Source of the DNA: an uncultured virus (IMG/VR IMGVR_UViG_3300008120_007613)
Taxonomy: Duplodnaviria > Heunggongvirae > Uroviricota > Caudoviricetes
DNA: 64,000 bases
Strand: one strand, 5' to 3'
IMG/VR virus record: IMGVR_UViG_3300008120_007613
The notes beneath the pieces are model-generated. The model made no database searches. It was not told where the DNA came from and was given only the letters and a program-made list of their open reading frames with translations. Position numbers and translations under genes: made by a program. Of this stretch, positions 1 to 11,162 are shown piece after piece. Numbering within the stretch: the first letter of the stretch is position 1; each line of letters opens with the position of its first letter.

Positions 1-1
1 T

Positions 2-3000
2 AGAGTGTCGGCTTACAACACAATGTATTCTGCCCCTGCATTTGTAGTAAGAGCAAATGGTAATGTTGGTATAGGCACTATAACCCCAACCCAAAAACTT
101 CATGTTGTTGGAAGTGCTGCTATAGTAACAGGTGATTTATTATTAACCCAAGGCTATGGCATTACCTGGAACAATGGTGATAACTACATAAAAGGAATTT
201 CAGGATACCATTTACAATTTACTACTTACGATGGATCTGCTTCACAAGTAGAGGTAATGAGACTTACAGGTGGATCATCGGGTGGAGCAAGAGTTGGTAT
301 AGGAACAACAATTCCGTCAGCAAAACTTCACGTTTCTGCATCTACAGATATTGTGTTTGAAGTAGATGGTGCTTCTGCCTCAACTTTACTATTTGTTACT
401 GCAAGTGGAAACGTTGGTATTAATACAACAACTCCAACCTTAGCTAGACTTCAAGTTAATGGCAACGTTTGGGCTACATCATATACAGGTTCATTTAGTG
501 GATCTATCACAGCACCAGGCTCAAATACAAACATAATTTATAACAGTAGTGGAGTATTAGCTGGATCAAACAGCTTTGTATTTACGGGAACTAGTGTTGG
601 TATAGGTACTACAAGCCCTCAAAGAAGATTAAGTGTATCCGGCTCAATAATATTATCAGGTCCCAGTGCAGCACAAGAATTTATAATAGGAGATGAAAAT
701 GTAAGGTATTTTTCCTTACAAACACCATCAGGAGCATCTAATTTACAATTTAATGTTTACGGTGGATCTAACATAATGACATTGTTATCTGATGGTAACG
801 TTGGTATAGGCACTACATCATCTACAAGAAGACTTACAGTATGGCAAACAACTGATGGTCAATATTCACAATACATTTACCATGGAGGTACTAATGGTAG
901 TTCTTATGGTTTGTTGATAGATGCAGGAGCAACTTCTGTCGATGCAGGTTTAAGAGTTAGAAGTAAAGCAGGAACAGATTATTTAATAGTTAAAGGAGAC
1001 GGTAATGTTGGTATAGGTACTACATCTCCAAATGAAAAATTCCATGTTGCTGGTAATATACATGCATATGCAGCTGGTGGAATAGATGCTGGATTATTTG
1101 CTAGTACAGCTGCTGGATCTACTACAATTGCTATACGCTCTAATGGTATAACCCATTTTAATGGAGGTAATGTTGGTATTGGTACTACATCACCATCCTC
1201 TAAATTACAAATAGGAAATGGAACATCTAATACACCATCTGCTGTCGCAGTATTATCAGCAGACGGGGGTAATACTGTACTTAATGCACTTTCTCTTGTT
1301 AACTCAAGAACTGCTGCTAACGGCAACGGTACATCTATAAATTTCCATAATGCTAATAACTACGGCCCAACTGGAAGAATAGCAAGTATTCAAGATAGTG
1401 GTACAAATGCTTCTTTAAGATTTTCTGTATATAACTCTACTGATGATGCACTTGTTGAAAGAATTACACTACTATCATCAGGTAGTGTTGGTATAGGTAC
1501 TTCATCACCAAGTAGTAAATTATTTATTAATACTGGAGGTACAGGAAGTGTAGCAAACGGTATTGGAATGGATAATGGTGCCCAACAACACTTCTGGTAT
1601 TTAGAAAATAATACTACTAGTGTTTATAGTATAGGCAGTACCGCAGGTCAATGGAAATGGAGCAATAGTAATGGTACTCATGTAACTATTTTAGCTGGAG
1701 GAAGTGTTGGTATAGGTACTACAGCCCCAGAAACAAAACTTCATATTGCTAGTGGTGATGTTTTAATAAGCAATGGTCAATACTATAGTGTAGAATCACT
1801 TACTGGAGGAAATTATAAAATAGCTGGTCTTACATCAGGAAATATAATTCAAATAGGTGCTATAGATTATACATCAGCAGGAACTATATTTGCTGGTGGT
1901 GATAATATAAGTATTACTACTGGTGGTGCTGCTGGAACATCTAGAATGTATATTAATAATGGAGGTAATGTTGGTATTGGTACTACATCTCCAGAATTTA
2001 AGTTTGATGTTGAAGGTAATGTTAAAATATTTAGTGCATTAGTTCAACGATCAGGAACTAATTTAGGTGCTAGTGAAATTACTAGTGCAAACCAATATAG
2101 AAATCATAACGGCCCTGTATTAACAAACGGTAGTCCAAGTAGTATTACCAGCTATGGTACCTTTAGAGGATACCAAGCAGTATATGGTACTTCATCCTTC
2201 TACCCAGACTATCAAGTAATTACTCAAGGAGCATATGCAAATCCTTTATTTGAATTTTATTCAGGTAATGGAGGTTCTCATGCTGGTTCTTTACCAACAA
2301 ATACAGCTATTAGAGATGGTTATTTATATCAATTTGTAAAAGGACCTTCATTTAGTGGAACAGGAGGTGGAGCCCCAGTTACATCATCAAATAGTACTTT
2401 AATTTGGGGTATTACAAGTGCAAATAATGCTTATTTTGCAAGTAATGTTGGTATAGGTATTACTTCTCCAAGTTACAAACTTCACATTAATGGAGGTAGT
2501 GGTACTAGAGCAGATGTGCAAGTAACATATGATGCTTTAGGAACAACAGCTACAGATGGTGCTCAATTTGGTATACAGAGTGCTGGTGCTTATATATGGA
2601 ATTTTGAAAACTCAGCTATATATTTTGGTACCAATAATACTAGAGTAGTAGATATATCTTCTGCAGGTAATGTTGGTATTGGTATTACATCTCCATCAGC
2701 TCGTCTTCATGTTAGTGGAGCAGCAGGAAATGCTATAAATGTTAATAGAACAGGAGGTTATGCTAGTATATATGGTACTAATGATTTAGTATTTGAAACA
2801 GATTCAACATTCTATTTTGGAGCTTATACTGCTAGAACATTTTTAGTTAATAGTGTTAATGGTGCCTCTGGTACATTTACTATTACTAGTGCTGGTAATG
2901 TTGGTATTGGTACTTCAAGTGTAGGTGCTTTATTAGCAGTTAATGGAAATGCTTTCTTTGCCTCTAAAGTAACAATTAAAGGAAGTGCAGCAGGTACTTT

Positions 3001-4009
3001 AGGTAATAGTAGTGGTTTAGAGTTATACCAAGATTCAGCTACAGATACTTCTTACTTATATAATTACTATAGTGGACCATTATTATTAGGCACAAACAAT
3101 ACTGAAAGAGTACGTATTACTGCTGGAGGCAATGTTGGTATAGGCACTACAGCACCTGCTCAAAGATTACACGTTAGTGGCTCAATTAGAGCTAGTAACG
3201 ACATGATAGTTGATGGTCCTGACTCATCTAGAGGATACTATTTATACTATAATTCATCAGCATGGCCTAATTATTCATCTTGGCTTTTACAAACAGGAGC
3301 TTCTGATACAGCTGGAACTAGAGGATTAATTATAAATGCAAATACAGGTCAAAGTGTATCTAATTATGGTATCGGATTTGCTATAGATAGTTCCAATAAA
3401 ATGTTTATCCAATATACAGGTAATGTTGGTATAGGTACAACAAGTCCTTTTACAAAACTTCATGTTTACGCTTCAGGAGGAGGACTTGAATTAAGCCCCG
3501 GAGCAACAACTAACCTTGAATTTATAGATAGAAACAATACTGGGGGTACTGTAAATACTTCATTCTATACAAGATATGGTGATTTTTCCTTTTTTAAAGG
3601 AGATTATTCATCAGCATCATTAGTTATTAAAAGTAGTGGTAATGTTGGTATAGGCTCAGCCTCCCCAGCCTACGCTCTTGACGTCAATGGCACAGGCCGC
3701 TTCACAGCAATTATAGAAACCTCAACACGCACTTTAAAAGATAATATAGAATCATATTCTACAGATATAGATAAATTTAAGCAATTAGAACCAGTATCAT
3801 TTATCTGGAAAGAAACAGGTAAACAAGATGTAGGTTTAATTGCGGAAGATGTTGAACAAATATTCCCTGAATTTGTTTCCAAAACAGATGAGGGTGAAAT
3901 TACAGGTATAAACTATGGTAAGCTTTCAACAATATTTATTAATGTGTTGAAGCAACAACAACAAAAAATTGAGTTATTAGAAGAACAAATAAAGAAATTA
4001 ACAAGCTAA
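2..4009 (+). CDS. Giant tail fibre/adhesin with GNVGIGT repeats and C-terminal peptidase S74-type intramolecular chaperone (5'-partial)
   Basis: Frame is open from the window edge. About 16 G[NS]VGIGT motifs. C-terminal 'STRTLKDNI...PVSFIWK...VGLIAEDVEQIFPEFV...INYGKL' followed by a coiled coil. Confidence 0.85.
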   Translation, partial: RVSAYNTMYSAPAFVVRANGNVGIGTITPTQKLHVVGSAAIVTGDLLLTQGYGITWNNGDNYIKGISGYHLQFTTYDGSASQVEVMRLTGGSSGGARVGIGTTIPSAKLHVSASTDIVFEVDGASASTLLFVTASGNVGINTTTPTLARLQVNGNVWATSYTGSFSGSITAPGSNTNIIYNSSGVLAGSNSFVFTGTSVGIGTTSPQRRLSVSGSIILSGPSAAQEFIIGDENVRYFSLQTPSGASNLQFNVYGGSNIMTLLSDGNVGIGTTSSTRRLTVWQTTDGQYSQYIYHGGTNGSSYGLLIDAGATSVDAGLRVRSKAGTDYLIVKGDGNVGIGTTSPNEKFHVAGNIHAYAAGGIDAGLFASTAAGSTTIAIRSNGITHFNGGNVGIGTTSPSSKLQIGNGTSNTPSAVAVLSADGGNTVLNALSLVNSRTAANGNGTSINFHNANNYGPTGRIASIQDSGTNASLRFSVYNSTDDALVERITLLSSGSVGIGTSSPSSKLFINTGGTGSVANGIGMDNGAQQHFWYLENNTTSVYSIGSTAGQWKWSNSNGTHVTILAGGSVGIGTTAPETKLHIASGDVLISNGQYYSVESLTGGNYKIAGLTSGNIIQIGAIDYTSAGTIFAGGDNISITTGGAAGTSRMYINNGGNVGIGTTSPEFKFDVEGNVKIFSALVQRSGTNLGASEITSANQYRNHNGPVLTNGSPSSITSYGTFRGYQAVYGTSSFYPDYQVITQGAYANPLFEFYSGNGGSHAGSLPTNTAIRDGYLYQFVKGPSFSGTGGGAPVTSSNSTLIWGITSANNAYFASNVGIGITSPSYKLHINGGSGTRADVQVTYDALGTTATDGAQFGIQSAGAYIWNFENSAIYFGTNNTRVVDISSAGNVGIGITSPSARLHVSGAAGNAINVNRTGGYASIYGTNDLVFETDSTFYFGAYTARTFLVNSVNGASGTFTITSAGNVGIGTSSVGALLAVNGNAFFASKVTIKGSAAGTLGNSSGLELYQDSATDTSYLYNYYSGPLLLGTNNTERVRITAGGNVGIGTTAPAQRLHVSGSIRASNDMIVDGPDSSRGYYLYYNSSAWPNYSSWLLQTGASDTAGTRGLIINANTGQSVSNYGIGFAIDSSNKMFIQYTGNVGIGTTSPFTKLHVYASGGGLELSPGATTNLEFIDRNNTGGTVNTSFYTRYGDFSFFKGDYSSASLVIKSSGNVGIGSASPAYALDVNGTGRFTAIIETSTRTLKDNIESYSTDIDKFKQLEPVSFIWKETGKQDVGLIAEDVEQIFPEFVSKTDEGEITGINYGKLSTIFINVLKQQQQKIELLEEQIKKLTS

Positions 4010-7000
4010 TATGGCACAACTGCAATCAACGGGTATTACGGGTTCACTAACGGTCACCACAGGTAGTGCAACAGAACTACTTGTTACAAATACTGGTGTA
4101 AGAATTGGTAACATTATTAGTGATACCCATACTGTAACAGGTTCGTTAAATATAAGTGGAAGTTTAGGTACAGTGGGAACTATTACTGCTACAACATTAG
4201 TTGTACAAACAATTACCTCTAGTGTAGCTACAGTAACTGGATCTACTAAGTTTGGAAGTATTGTTTCAAATACACACCAATTTACTGGATCAATATTGCA
4301 GAGTGGATCGTTGGCTACGTTTGCTGGGAGTGTAGGGATTGGAACTACATCACCCACTAATACTTTACATGTTGTTGGAACTGGCATAGTTAATATAGTA
4401 CAAAGTTCAAATACTGTTTCTTATACACAATATTATAATTCAAGTACTGGTACAAATAGTACTAATGATGGTTTAACCGTAGGTGTTAATGGAACTGATG
4501 CTTATATATTTCAAAGAGAAGCAGCCAATTTGATATTTGGTACTTCTGATACCGAAAGAATGCGCATCTTGTCTGGTGGTAATGTTGGTATAGGTACTAC
4601 AAGTCCTGCTTATAGATTAGACGTAGCAGCAGCTACAACAGCAGATGGTATACGAGTTCAACAAGGAGGAAGTTCAAGAATAATTTTAAATGGAGATGGA
4701 GTTTTATCATGGGGCCCATCAGCTAATACAGGAATTTTAACATGGGATACTGGTAGAGCTGTAATAAATGCTCAAAGTACAAATGATTTAGACTTAACAA
4801 CCTCTGGTGGAGGAAGAATAAGAATAGCTACTGGAGGTAATGTTGGTATTGGTACTACAAGTCCAACCCAACTACTTCACATATATAAATCAGGTACAGA
4901 TAACTACATAAAAGTAGATGCAGGAGGACAAGCCTCTAATTACTCAGGAATAATGCTATCTGAATTAGGTATTAACTGGGGATGGAGTTTAAGACATAGT
5001 GCTGTTAATGATAACTTTTTTATATCTTATCAAGATAATACTCCAACATTTACCGATGTTGTTACTATAAATAGAAATGGTAATGTTGGTATAGGCACTA
5101 CCTCTCCTATTGGTTTACTCAACATCAGACACAATGGTTCAGGTTCATCAGTAACATACTCAGGTTTATATATTCAAAATAATAATGCTGCTGTTGGATC
5201 TAATATAGCAGCAAGAATTGCTTTTGATGCTGACGGTGGAAGTGTAGGATATGGATTTGTAGAACAAAGAAGAGATGGAACTGATTCCCTATATTTAGTA
5301 ACTAGAAATGCTGTTAATGGCCCTATAGGATTTGAAACTTCTGGTTCTACTAGAATGTATATTGTAGGTAATACAGGTAACGTTGGTATAGGAACTACAA
5401 CTGTCGCTACTAGACTTCATGTTTCAAAAATAGATCTTAGCAATGAATTAGTAGCTGTTAGAATCCAAAACAATCTTGGATACTCTGAGTTTGGTGTTCA
5501 AAGTAACTATGCTCGTATTTTAGCAAACGGCGCTTTATTATATGCTGGCTCTGATGGTGCACAATATCATTATTACAATGGAAATGTTATAATGACAGTA
5601 GGAACAGGTAACGTTGGTATTGGCACTACATCCCCAGGCAACACCTTAGAAATAGCAGGAACATCAGGCACTACTCAATTTAAAGTAAGAAGTAATGATG
5701 GAACTGCTGCTAATAACTCTGGATTATTAGTATATAATGCTGCATCAGCTACTGCTGCTTCAAGAGTAATAGAAGTTATATTAGATCCAAATGGAGCAAA
5801 TGCAACAGGAGTAGATTATACTGTACTTAGAATGTATGGTAGTGGTAATTCTGATCTTATCAACTTCTATTCTGGTGCTACTTTAAGCTTAGGAGCAGAT
5901 GGTGCTAGTATAATGTACTTAAAAGGAAGTAATGTTGGTATTGGTACTACAACTCCAAATGCTTCTTTAGATGTAAATGGTAGAACAAATATAGGTGGAG
6001 TTACAACTGATCCTTATAGTGTAGGACAATTAATTATTAGACATGGAGCTACTCGTAATAGAAGTATCTTTATGGATACTAGTCAATTATATTACATTGA
6101 AATACATCCAAGTGCTTCTGGCATAAATCAGATAAATTCAAGTTATGCCGTTGGGGGAAATTATCTACCTTTAGCTTTATCAGCTAGACAAAATTCTAGT
6201 GATTTATATCTTTCTACAGGAGGTCTTGTAGGTATTGGTACTGCATCCCCTGCAGGCAGGTTACATATTAAATCAAGTGGATTAGGTACTTATCCATTAT
6301 TAGTTCAAAGAGCAGCTAATACAAACAATATATTTTATATCTTTGAAGATGCTAGTGGAAATGGTGTAATTAATTTAGAAACTAGTGGGGGATCTACTGG
6401 TGCTTTAATACATTCTAGTGGTAATTCATATTTTAATGGAGGTAATGTTGGTATAGGCACTACTTCCCCATCCTATCTCTTTACAGTTCGCAATAGTAGC
6501 GGAGCAACAGTAAATATAGGAGGAGGAAATAGTAATACTGTACCTGCAATATCAATACAGTCTGATTCTACAACTTGGGCTTCTTCTATTAATGGATTCG
6601 CATATTATTATAATGCTACAAATGGTAATTTAGATTTATATAGAAAAGATAATAGCACAACAGAAAACCAAGTAATGACTTGGGTTAGGGCTAGTGGTAA
6701 TGTTGGTATAGGTACCCTAACCCCATCCCTAGCTAAACTCCAAGTTAACGGAAACGTTTGGGCAACATCATTTACAGGTTCCTTCTCAGGATCAATTTCA
6801 GCCCCTGGCTCAAATACAAATGTAATCTACAATAGTTCAGGTGTATTTGCTGGATCAAATAACTTTGTATTTACTGGAACTAGTGTTGGTATAGGTACTG
6901 TATCACCCTTAAATAAACTTGAAGTTAATGCAGGAGGAACTGTAGGTTATTCCGGTAATGATATAGTATTTAGAAATAGTAATGGACAAAGTGCCTTATA

Positions 7001-10000
7001 TCATGATCCTGGAGGATATGTTTATTGGTATTCTACCCAAGCTATAACATTCTACCCAGGACAAAGTAGAAGTGTTACTTTCTCAACAGGAGGTAATGTT
7101 GGTATAAATACTACATCACCAACAGCTAAACTTCATGTTGAAGGAACATTTATAAATAATGGAACAACAGGTGATGTTGCTTATATAAGTTCAACTTTTG
7201 CTACAGCAGCTACAAATGGTAGAGTATTACATATAAGAGATAATAAAGCAGCGGTTGGAGTAGACAGCTTCATATCTGTAGGATGGACTAGCTCCCCAGG
7301 ACAAGATGTTTATATTGGTAAAAGAACTACCTCTAGTGCTGGATTCTTAGCTATACAAAATAGTAGTGCTACTGAATTATTTACAATTAATTTAAGTAGT
7401 GGTAATGTTGGTGTTGGTACTACAACACCATATGCTCTTTTAACAGTAGGAGGAATTACAAACTCTGGTTTATATAGTACGGATGCTGTAGTAGTAAGTG
7501 GTTCTAGAGCAATTACTATAGGAAATGATGTTAGAGCTGGATGGGGATTAGATGCTACTACTCCAACTTCTACAACATTCCAATCCAAATTAAATATTTG
7601 GACATCAAATTCAGACCATATAACATTTGGTGGTTCAACTACATTTATTAGAACTGCTTGGGAAGATTTTAAATTATGGATAAATAACGATAGTGCTGCT
7701 GAAGGTATTTTACATTTATACCACACAAATTCTCAAACAGAGTTTGCTAGATTTGCTGGATCTAGTAATAACTGGATTAATGGAGGAAATCTTGGTATAG
7801 GTACTACATCACCATCATATAAATTAGATGTTACAGGTGATATAAATTTCTCTAGTACAGTAAAATTCGGTGGTGTAAACGTCATACACAATACTAGTAC
7901 AGATGTATATCTTAATGGTAGAGTAATATACAGCAATTCTAATCTTAATGATGGAATGTATGTTGGATACAATAGTACAGGCGGAACATCAGCCCATATA
8001 AGATTCTTTGCTAATGGTACTAATGAGAGAATGAGAATTGATGCTGCTAATGGTAGTGTTGGTATAGGTACTACATCCCCAGGATACAAACTTCATGTAA
8101 ATGGAAATTTATATACTAATAATGGATTAGCAAATGGCTCTGGAGTATCGCTCTTTGTTCAAGGATCAGGTGATGTTCAATTAACAGATGGAGGTTCTAT
8201 TTTCTGGGGAGCTTATTCATATGCTAATGGTACTTATATAAGAGGATACGATGATGGTGATATTATGTACTTCTATTCTAATGGTACTAATATGGGGTAC
8301 TTTAGAAGTGATAGAGCAATTTTTTCTGTAAATGTTGGTATAGGCACTACATCCCCTGCTTATAAATTAGACACAAGAGGTACAGGTACTATTTTAGGTC
8401 TTATAAGTACAGATGGTACTCCAACAAGATTAATTATACAAAGATCAACAGTTCCTCTTTATTTAACTGACATGTATACTGCCGCTACAACAGCAGGGGC
8501 ATCATGGTCTATTAATAAAGCAGACACCTCAGCTGGGTCAAGTACTTGGGCAGCATCAGCCAATGTTGCTTATAGTGCAGGAGCTATAAGATTAAATTCA
8601 GATACTTCTACATCATATATAACATTTTTAACTGCCAATGCAGCAAATACTGATCCTTCAGAAGTTGTAAGAATTACAGGTGCAGGTAATGTTGGTATAG
8701 GTACTACATCACCATCTCAAAAACTACATATACAAGATGGTGATATTGCTATAACAAGCACATATAGTAGTGGTACTAATGATATATTATTTTCTGGAGG
8801 ATCAACCTCAGGAACAGCTAATAATACAACAGCAAGAATAAGAAATACATCTACTGCTCCTGGAGGAGCTGCTACTGGAGATTTATTATTTACTGTTAAT
8901 AGTGGAGATAGTTTTGTAAATGCACTTTATATAGCTACTAGTGGTAATGTTGGTATAGGTACTACATCTCCAAATACCTTATTACAAGTAGTAGGTACTG
9001 GAACAGGTGGTGTTGGTACTATTAATATAAAAGGATCAAATGCCCATCTAGGGTTAATGAACTCATCTGGTACCTTTAGAGGATGGTATGGGTATTTTAA
9101 TGCAGCTGCTCATGGATCCGAAACAGATTTAAATATAAAAACAGGTTATAATGGAACCAGCAATATACGCTTTTCAGCTGATGGAGACACTACAGCAGCT
9201 ATGTTGTATATCGCTAATGGAGGTAATGTTGGTATAGGTACTACATCCCCAAGCTATAAACTTCATGTAGCGGGTACTGGTTATTTTGGAGGAACTGTAG
9301 GATTTGATGGTGAAGGCAACGGTTTAACAGTAGATACCGGCTATGGCAATAACGGTAGGGTAGGATTTATGAAGTATGCCGGTCTTGAGGGTATGATAGT
9401 TGCTGGTAATACTACTGTATTAAGATTTGGACATAGAACAGATAGTGATTATGTAGCTACAGCTGGTGCCCCAACAATTAGAGAAGATATTAGAATACAA
9501 GCTAATGGTAGTGTTGGTATTGGTACTACATCTCCATCCTACAAACTAGATGTAATAGGCTCTATAGCATCTAACACAGGTACTAATGAGGCACAAGTGT
9601 TTGTTAGAAACTCAACCTCCGCTATTTATCTATTTAACTCATACGCAGGCAATACTTTTGGTTTGTATGATGGTACAGCAGGACAACATAGAATGTATTA
9701 TGATAGAGGTAGTAGCTTTTGGGTATTCTATACAGGTGCTTCTGAAAGAATGCGTATTAATTCTAATGGTAATGTTGGTATAGGTACTACATCCCCAGGA
9801 TATACATTAGATGTTGCTGGACAAGGTAGATTTACAGGCCAAGGTACTGGTACTGCTATTATAGGAAATGCAGGATTTACCTCTAACTATACAGGTATTT
9901 CTTTAAATGGAACTCTCAGCACATCAGCTTATAATATTTTAAGTTCACCTACTGAGCAAACTTTATATATTAATAGACCTAGTGGTGTTGGTATACGATT

Positions 10001-10810
10001 TAGAGAAGCCAATGGTGCTGATCAAATGACTATTGCTACTGGTGGCAATGTTGGTATAGGTACTTCAGCACCAGGCTATAAACTTGATGTTATTGGAAAT
10101 TCTAGAATACAAGCATCATCAGGTAGTAGTTCAGGTATTAGTGTAGATTTAACAGCAGGTAATTCAAGTAACGATTCTATTATAGACTATGGGTATTGGG
10201 GAGCTGGATTTGATGCTTCTATTTGGACTGCAGGAATGTATGGTTCAGATAGCCTTAAATGGAAAATAAGAGCAACAAATACAGGTGTTGCCTTTGACAG
10301 ATTTGTTGTTGAAACGGGTGGTAATGTTACTATGGCTGTAACAGGAAGTGTTGGTATAGGTACTACATCCCCAGTAACTAAACTTAACGTAAAAGAAGAT
10401 AATACAGGAACAGAAGGTTTCATAATAACTAACTGGAATAGTGTTAATACTGTTAAGTTAGGAAGTGACTCTGCTACAGGAGGTGGAAAATTATCATTAA
10501 TAACTAATGGAGGAGCAACTAATGTTTTTGTGTCATCATACGCATCTTCTTACTTTAATGGAGGTAATGTTGGTATAGGTACTACATCCCCTCAAGCTCG
10601 CCTCCACATTGGACCAGTAAATGGAGATACAGCAGCACATATTTATCTTGCCTCAAACAATAACTCTTATGGATGGAGAATCGATACTCAAGACTCTGGT
10701 GCAGGTGTTGTTCCTCTTAGAATTTGGAGAAGAACTGCAGGATCTGATACTCAGATAATAACGGCTAATAATGCAGATGGTAATGTTGGTATTGGCTCTA
10801 CATCCCCAGC
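59..10810 (+). repeat. Dispersed intragenic repeat GGTAATGTTGGTAT(A/T)GGTACTAC (about 40 copies)
   Basis: Recurs every roughly 150-450 bp through both fibre genes with nearly invariant codons. Confidence 0.9.
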
Positions 10811-11150
10811 TTACAAATTAGATGTTTCAGGCACTATACGCGCTACAGGCGACGTTATAGCCTACTCAGATGCTCGCGTAAAAGAAAATGTTAATACAAT
10901 CACAGATGCACTAGCAAAGGTAACATCACTCCGTGGTGTATCTTATACTCGCAAAGATAGTGAAGATAAATCACGCAAACTAGGTGTTATAGCACAGGAA
11001 GTGTTAGATGTATTACCTGAAGTAGTACAACAAGACACTGATGGCAACTACAGTGTTGCTTACGGCAACATGGTTGGTGTATTGATAGAAGCTATCAAGG
11101 AACAACAGCGCCAAATCGAAGATCTCAAATATTTATTATCACAAAAATAA
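4011..11150 (+). CDS. Giant tail fibre/adhesin (2379 aa) with GNVGIGT repeats and peptidase S74-type chaperone
   Basis: About 25 GNVGIGTTSP motifs. C-terminal 'YSDARVKENV...LRGVSY...GVIAQEV...LPEVV...VAYGNMVGVLIEAIKE'. Confidence 0.85.
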   Translation: MAQLQSTGITGSLTVTTGSATELLVTNTGVRIGNIISDTHTVTGSLNISGSLGTVGTITATTLVVQTITSSVATVTGSTKFGSIVSNTHQFTGSILQSGSLATFAGSVGIGTTSPTNTLHVVGTGIVNIVQSSNTVSYTQYYNSSTGTNSTNDGLTVGVNGTDAYIFQREAANLIFGTSDTERMRILSGGNVGIGTTSPAYRLDVAAATTADGIRVQQGGSSRIILNGDGVLSWGPSANTGILTWDTGRAVINAQSTNDLDLTTSGGGRIRIATGGNVGIGTTSPTQLLHIYKSGTDNYIKVDAGGQASNYSGIMLSELGINWGWSLRHSAVNDNFFISYQDNTPTFTDVVTINRNGNVGIGTTSPIGLLNIRHNGSGSSVTYSGLYIQNNNAAVGSNIAARIAFDADGGSVGYGFVEQRRDGTDSLYLVTRNAVNGPIGFETSGSTRMYIVGNTGNVGIGTTTVATRLHVSKIDLSNELVAVRIQNNLGYSEFGVQSNYARILANGALLYAGSDGAQYHYYNGNVIMTVGTGNVGIGTTSPGNTLEIAGTSGTTQFKVRSNDGTAANNSGLLVYNAASATAASRVIEVILDPNGANATGVDYTVLRMYGSGNSDLINFYSGATLSLGADGASIMYLKGSNVGIGTTTPNASLDVNGRTNIGGVTTDPYSVGQLIIRHGATRNRSIFMDTSQLYYIEIHPSASGINQINSSYAVGGNYLPLALSARQNSSDLYLSTGGLVGIGTASPAGRLHIKSSGLGTYPLLVQRAANTNNIFYIFEDASGNGVINLETSGGSTGALIHSSGNSYFNGGNVGIGTTSPSYLFTVRNSSGATVNIGGGNSNTVPAISIQSDSTTWASSINGFAYYYNATNGNLDLYRKDNSTTENQVMTWVRASGNVGIGTLTPSLAKLQVNGNVWATSFTGSFSGSISAPGSNTNVIYNSSGVFAGSNNFVFTGTSVGIGTVSPLNKLEVNAGGTVGYSGNDIVFRNSNGQSALYHDPGGYVYWYSTQAITFYPGQSRSVTFSTGGNVGINTTSPTAKLHVEGTFINNGTTGDVAYISSTFATAATNGRVLHIRDNKAAVGVDSFISVGWTSSPGQDVYIGKRTTSSAGFLAIQNSSATELFTINLSSGNVGVGTTTPYALLTVGGITNSGLYSTDAVVVSGSRAITIGNDVRAGWGLDATTPTSTTFQSKLNIWTSNSDHITFGGSTTFIRTAWEDFKLWINNDSAAEGILHLYHTNSQTEFARFAGSSNNWINGGNLGIGTTSPSYKLDVTGDINFSSTVKFGGVNVIHNTSTDVYLNGRVIYSNSNLNDGMYVGYNSTGGTSAHIRFFANGTNERMRIDAANGSVGIGTTSPGYKLHVNGNLYTNNGLANGSGVSLFVQGSGDVQLTDGGSIFWGAYSYANGTYIRGYDDGDIMYFYSNGTNMGYFRSDRAIFSVNVGIGTTSPAYKLDTRGTGTILGLISTDGTPTRLIIQRSTVPLYLTDMYTAATTAGASWSINKADTSAGSSTWAASANVAYSAGAIRLNSDTSTSYITFLTANAANTDPSEVVRITGAGNVGIGTTSPSQKLHIQDGDIAITSTYSSGTNDILFSGGSTSGTANNTTARIRNTSTAPGGAATGDLLFTVNSGDSFVNALYIATSGNVGIGTTSPNTLLQVVGTGTGGVGTINIKGSNAHLGLMNSSGTFRGWYGYFNAAAHGSETDLNIKTGYNGTSNIRFSADGDTTAAMLYIANGGNVGIGTTSPSYKLHVAGTGYFGGTVGFDGEGNGLTVDTGYGNNGRVGFMKYAGLEGMIVAGNTTVLRFGHRTDSDYVATAGAPTIREDIRIQANGSVGIGTTSPSYKLDVIGSIASNTGTNEAQVFVRNSTSAIYLFNSYAGNTFGLYDGTAGQHRMYYDRGSSFWVFYTGASERMRINSNGNVGIGTTSPGYTLDVAGQGRFTGQGTGTAIIGNAGFTSNYTGISLNGTLSTSAYNILSSPTEQTLYINRPSGVGIRFREANGADQMTIATGGNVGIGTSAPGYKLDVIGNSRIQASSGSSSGISVDLTAGNSSNDSIIDYGYWGAGFDASIWTAGMYGSDSLKWKIRATNTGVAFDRFVVETGGNVTMAVTGSVGIGTTSPVTKLNVKEDNTGTEGFIITNWNSVNTVKLGSDSATGGGKLSLITNGGATNVFVSSYASSYFNGGNVGIGTTSPQARLHIGPVNGDTAAHIYLASNNNSYGWRIDTQDSGAGVVPLRIWRRTAGSDTQIITANNADGNVGIGSTSPAYKLDVSGTIRATGDVIAYSDARVKENVNTITDALAKVTSLRGVSYTRKDSEDKSRKLGVIAQEVLDVLPEVVQQDTDGNYSVAYGNMVGVLIEAIKEQQRQIEDLKYLLSQK

Positions 11151-11162
11151 AATTAAATTACA

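Noticed and set aside
59..10810. GNVGIGT repeats as a CRISPR array or DGR
   Set aside because: The repeats are in-frame and degenerate with long, irregular coding spacers. There is no cas operon, no reverse transcriptase, and no repeat pair differing only at adenines.
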